Of a DNA stretch of 64,000 nt, positions 60,499-64,000 are shown piece after piece. Source of the DNA: Candidatus Omnitrophota bacterium (lineage in GTDB: Bacteria > Omnitrophota > Omnitrophia > Omnitrophales > Aquincolibacteriaceae); the NCBI GenBank assembly GCA_023247035.1, contig JAHFHG010000005.1, positions 7,515-71,514 of the forward strand. Direction: 5' to 3'. A model generated the notes under the pieces. That model was given only the letters and a program-made list of their open reading frames with translations. It ran no database searches and was not told the DNA's origin. Numbering within the stretch: the first letter of the stretch is position 1; each line of letters starts with the position of its first letter. Position numbers and translations under genes: made by a program.

Positions 60499-62970
60499 AT
60501 GCCGAAGACAACGTTAGAAAGGAAAGCCAAAGCAGTGAGCAAAAATAAAGTAAAGACCAAACCGCCTCAACCTAAAGAGGAGCGGAAATTCGAATCGAAA
60601 TACGGGTATTTTACGGCCGACGGCCGTGAATATGTGATCACCCGTCCCGATACGCCGAGACCGTGGGTCAATGTGATTTGTAACGGGGATTACGGCATTA
60701 TCGAAACGCAGACCGGCTCCGGATTTTCTTGGCGGGATAATTCGAATCTTTCGCGCATTACGCGCTGGGAACAGGATCTGATCCGCGACAGCTGGGGAAA
60801 ATATATTTATGTCCGCGACAAAGAGACGGGAAAATTCTGGTCCGGAACCTGGAAACCCTGCTGCATGAAAATGGATTTTTATGAAGTCCGCCACGGCCAG
60901 GGGTACTCCGTTTTGAAAAGCCGGGTGAACGGCATCACCTTTGAAAAAACAATTTTCGTGGATGCCGAGGAGCCGGTCGAAGTCTGGAAAATCGTTTTAA
61001 CGAATGAAGGAACCCAAAAGCGGCGGCTGAGTTTGTTCACCTATTTTGAGTGGTGCTTGGGAAATGCGGGAGACACCCACCGTGAATTCCAGAAGACCTT
61101 TATCGAAACGCGCATTGACCGTAAAAACGGGGCGCTTTTCGGCCTGAAACGCGCGCCGCTTGTCCCAGGATTTATTTCTACGGGAATGACCGAAAAGCCG
61201 CTTGAGGCTTTTCACGCTTCCAACGTCAAGCCGGCAAATTATGAAGGGGACAAGGAAGCCTTTTTCGGGCGCTACGGCGAGATCCAGGCCCCGAAGGCTG
61301 TTGTTGAAGGGAAGTTGAATAATACAGAAGGCAAGTGGGGCGATTCCATCGCAAGCCTTCAGGTGGACGTTGAGCTGAATGCCAAGGAATCCAAAACAAT
61401 CATTTTTACGGTCGGCTCCACGCGCTCCCGCGAGCAGGCTGAAAGGATCATCAAGAAATATTTGAATCCAAAGAATGCGGACCGGGAGCTTTCAAAAGCA
61501 AAAGCCCTGTGGGATTCTTTTGTCAACGCCACCACGATTGAAACGCCGGATGAATCCATGAATTTTATGACCAATATCTGGATGAAATACCAAACCATTT
61601 CGGGGCGTTTGTGGGGACGCTGCGGTTATTATCAATCCAGCGGCGGATTCGGGTTCCGCGACCAGCTTCAGGACTGCCAGATTTTTTTTGCGACCAAGCC
61701 CGAGCTTGCCCGAAAGCAAATTCTGCTCCACGCCGAGCAGCAATTCCCGGACGGGACGGTTTATCACTGGTGGCATCACGGGACGAGTATGGGCGCGATT
61801 ACCCACTGCTCGGATGATCTTCTGTGGCTTGATTTCATCACCTTGAATTATCTGGATGAAACGGCGGATGAATCTATTTTGGACATCCAAGTAAAATTTC
61901 TTCCGGACCCGAAGACAAAAGAAGTCACGGAAGGGCCGCTTTACGAGCACTTGATCCGCGCGATTGACAAGGTGTTCACGAGATTTTCCGAGCGCGGCCT
62001 GCCGCTTATGGGCGAATGCGATTGGAATGACGGCTTGAGCCACGTCGGAATCCGCTGGAAAGGGGAATCGATTTGGCTGGGGCATTTTCTTTACGGGATC
62101 CTGACGCGGATTGCCCCTCTTATTGAAAAGCGCGGTGATAAAAAGCGTGCGGCGGATTATTTGAAGCGCGCCGGGGCGTTAAAAGAGGCCCTCAATCTTC
62201 ACGGCTGGGACGGAGAGTGGTATCTGGGCGCGACGCGCGACGACGGCCGTCCGCTCGGCAGCAAAACCTGCGACCAGGGAAAAATATTTTTGAATTGCCA
62301 AACGTGGGCCGTGATCACGGGCGTTGCTTCACCGGAGCGCGCAAAGCAAGTGATGAGCGCCGCGGCAAAGCACTTGTACCGGGAATACGGGCCGCTTCTT
62401 TTGACGCCGGCTTACCACGTGACCGACCCTACTATCGGATACATTACACGGTACGCGCCGTCGGTGCGCGAAAACGGAGGCCTGTATACGCACGCCGGAA
62501 CCTGGGCCGTGCAGGCTGAGGCGATGATGCGAAACGGCGAAAGGGCTTATGAGGTTTACCGGAGCTTTAATCCCGCGGTTCGCGGGCTGGATCCTGATCT
62601 CTATTTTGTGGAGCCTTATGTGACTCCCGGCAACGTGGACGGCCCGGACTCTCCGAATTTCGGACGCGGCGGGTGGAGCTGGTATACGGGTTCCGCAGCC
62701 TGGTATGCCGTAACCCTATTGAATTGGTTTTTGGGCATACGGCCTGTGAAAGAAGGGCTGTTGATTGATCCGGTGATCCCAAAAAAATGGCCCGGATTCC
62801 GCGTCAAGCGGCTCTTTCGAGGCGCCACATATTGGATCGAGGTTAAAAATTCCGGCGGGACCGGGCAGGGAGTAAAACAAATTACGGTTGACGGCAAAAA
62901 AATCGCTTCCAAGATTGTTCCCGCTTTTAAGGATAGTCGCGAACACCGCGTTGAAGTTGCGCTGGGGTAG
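60499..62970 (+). CDS. GH94 glycoside phosphorylase (cellobiose/cellodextrin/chitobiose phosphorylase family)
   Basis: N-terminus YGYFTADGREYVITRPDTPRPWVNVI matches the GH94 N-terminal beta-sandwich; catalytic-region GECDWNDG motif; about 820 aa. Track ORF starts at 60430; start reassigned to the Met with an AAAGGA RBS. Confidence 0.7.
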   Translation: MPKTTLERKAKAVSKNKVKTKPPQPKEERKFESKYGYFTADGREYVITRPDTPRPWVNVICNGDYGIIETQTGSGFSWRDNSNLSRITRWEQDLIRDSWGKYIYVRDKETGKFWSGTWKPCCMKMDFYEVRHGQGYSVLKSRVNGITFEKTIFVDAEEPVEVWKIVLTNEGTQKRRLSLFTYFEWCLGNAGDTHREFQKTFIETRIDRKNGALFGLKRAPLVPGFISTGMTEKPLEAFHASNVKPANYEGDKEAFFGRYGEIQAPKAVVEGKLNNTEGKWGDSIASLQVDVELNAKESKTIIFTVGSTRSREQAERIIKKYLNPKNADRELSKAKALWDSFVNATTIETPDESMNFMTNIWMKYQTISGRLWGRCGYYQSSGGFGFRDQLQDCQIFFATKPELARKQILLHAEQQFPDGTVYHWWHHGTSMGAITHCSDDLLWLDFITLNYLDETADESILDIQVKFLPDPKTKEVTEGPLYEHLIRAIDKVFTRFSERGLPLMGECDWNDGLSHVGIRWKGESIWLGHFLYGILTRIAPLIEKRGDKKRAADYLKRAGALKEALNLHGWDGEWYLGATRDDGRPLGSKTCDQGKIFLNCQTWAVITGVASPERAKQVMSAAAKHLYREYGPLLLTPAYHVTDPTIGYITRYAPSVRENGGLYTHAGTWAVQAEAMMRNGERAYEVYRSFNPAVRGLDPDLYFVEPYVTPGNVDGPDSPNFGRGGWSWYTGSAAWYAVTLLNWFLGIRPVKEGLLIDPVIPKKWPGFRVKRLFRGATYWIEVKNSGGTGQGVKQITVDGKKIASKIVPAFKDSREHRVEVALG

Positions 62971-63160
62971 ATTATTTTCACGGTGGAACGAACGGCCCCT
63001 CGCCTTCAATTGAAGACCTTCGGATCCGTCATCTTCGCGGGAGATCACACAGCGAGGAAATCCCTGCTTGTCCGGCAGGCAAGTGACCCATCCAAAATCA
63101 ATCTGAGAATGACAAATTAGAAGATCTTGGGGCAGCCTTGATTTTCTCCGATCAGGAATT

Positions 63161-64000
63161 ATGCCGCAACAGCGAGACAGAGGGATTCCGCCCTTACCTC
63201 TTGAGGATGCCTTGCGAATAGGAACCTACCTTCGAATTCTCTCCTTTTTTTTATTTCTGATTTTTTTATGCGGCACTTTTAATCCTCCCGCCTTTTGCCT
63301 TCCTTCCACAGATCCGGCCGCAGAAGTTTATCAAACTGTTTCAGGTGAAAAATCCCTGGCAACGTCGCCTCATTTTGTGGTTGTAGATGATTTCAACACC
63401 GGTCAGTTGAACACCCAGAACGGCGCAGTTTGGCGCACCAAAGCCCCCGGAATGGGCGCGCTGGATCTTAGTTTGGAGAAGGAAGACTCACGCCGGCCCC
63501 GCGGTTATTCCTTGAACGCAAATTTTAATTTGCTGGCCGGCGAGACGGCCTCCTTGCAAGGTTTTTTAAAGCGTCTGGACGTCAGTCAAGCAGAGTCCTT
63601 GGTCTTTCAAGTCCGGTTAAATCTCAAAGAACCTCGAGGCTCTTCTGCGGGCGTCAAATTGAAAGTGGCGCTTGAGGATTTCAGGCGCCGAGAAAAAGTT
63701 CGCGAGGTTGTTTTGCCTCCTTCGCGCCTTTGGAAGGCCTGCGAAATCCCGCTGTCTTTTTTTGAAGGAGTTGATTTGAACCAGCTTTTTCTCCTGCGGT
63801 TTACGCTGGTAGCCGGAGAAAATAAAACGACAGGCTTTCTGGGGATCGATGAAATCGCCTTCTTCGGATCGAAGGACGTAGCTTTTGAAAGCCGCCGCGA
63901 CAACCTTGCCGGATTTCCTCAAAAAGTTTGTGATTCGAAAAGGCGCGAAAAAATAAGACGGAAAAAAAAGGACGGGGATCTCCTCAAAGAGATCGCGCGC
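63161..64000 (+). CDS. predicted lipoprotein with CBM-like (CIA30/CBM11-like) beta-sandwich domain, 3'-truncated by window end
   Basis: Not in the supplied ORF track because it has no stop in the window. Hand-translated as an open frame from ATG 63161 to the window end with lipobox ...LIFLCGTF. Downstream segment VVVDDFNTGQ...GAVWRT...GMGALDLSL resembles a CIA30/CBM-like fold. Confidence 0.4.
   Translation, partial: MPQQRDRGIPPLPLEDALRIGTYLRILSFFLFLIFLCGTFNPPAFCLPSTDPAAEVYQTVSGEKSLATSPHFVVVDDFNTGQLNTQNGAVWRTKAPGMGALDLSLEKEDSRRPRGYSLNANFNLLAGETASLQGFLKRLDVSQAESLVFQVRLNLKEPRGSSAGVKLKVALEDFRRREKVREVVLPPSRLWKACEIPLSFFEGVDLNQLFLLRFTLVAGENKTTGFLGIDEIAFFGSKDVAFESRRDNLAGFPQKVCDSKRREKIRRKKKDGDLLKEIAR

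Overview
This window is a mostly housekeeping, replication-origin-proximal stretch of a bacterial chromosome. GC is moderately high and many genes overlap by 1-4 nt, which fits an uncultivated lineage or MAG.

The core is syntenic and high-confidence: dnaA with DnaA boxes on both sides, dnaN, a DciA-like DUF721 gene in the usual recF position, gyrB, gyrA, serS followed by two tRNA-Ser genes, and rpmH-rnpA-yidD-yidC-mnmG-parA-parB. Other housekeeping calls are accA, murA, prmC-prfA, rpmE, rho, coaE, polA, rpsP-trmD-rplS, rnhB-yraN, mnmA and a bioF/bioA/bioD cluster with a dedicated FabF-like KAS.

The most system-like accessory content is a contiguous minus-strand operon at 8179-13597: a TLC-family nucleotide transporter fused to HEAT repeats, a POTRA-less Omp85 barrel, and a signal-peptide-bearing PI3K/PI4K/HipA-like kinase. 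It sits directly downstream of rnhB-yraN with no intergenic gap.

Other accessory or unusual content:
- A decayed sulfur-carrier pathway: the cysM-type cysteine synthase is a pseudogene with two internal deletions (the PLP-lysine segment is lost), next to an intact Mec+/JAMM peptidase, a Trm112-fused methyltransferase, and cysD plus cysN-cysC (the APS-kinase Walker A looks degenerate).
- A divergent Rnf cluster (rnfC, rnfD, rnfE/A-like) interrupted by a tandem double-DsbA protein.
- A degenerate GGDEF protein (ENDTF in place of GGDEF, I-site RSSD intact) and an ICMT-family methyltransferase inserted into the bio cluster.
- An orphan pilT.
- A carbohydrate module at the 3' end: a sugar-binding SBP, a GH94 phosphorylase, and a CBM-like lipoprotein ORF that is absent from the ORF track because it runs off the window.

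No CRISPR array, rRNA or recognisable mobile element was seen.
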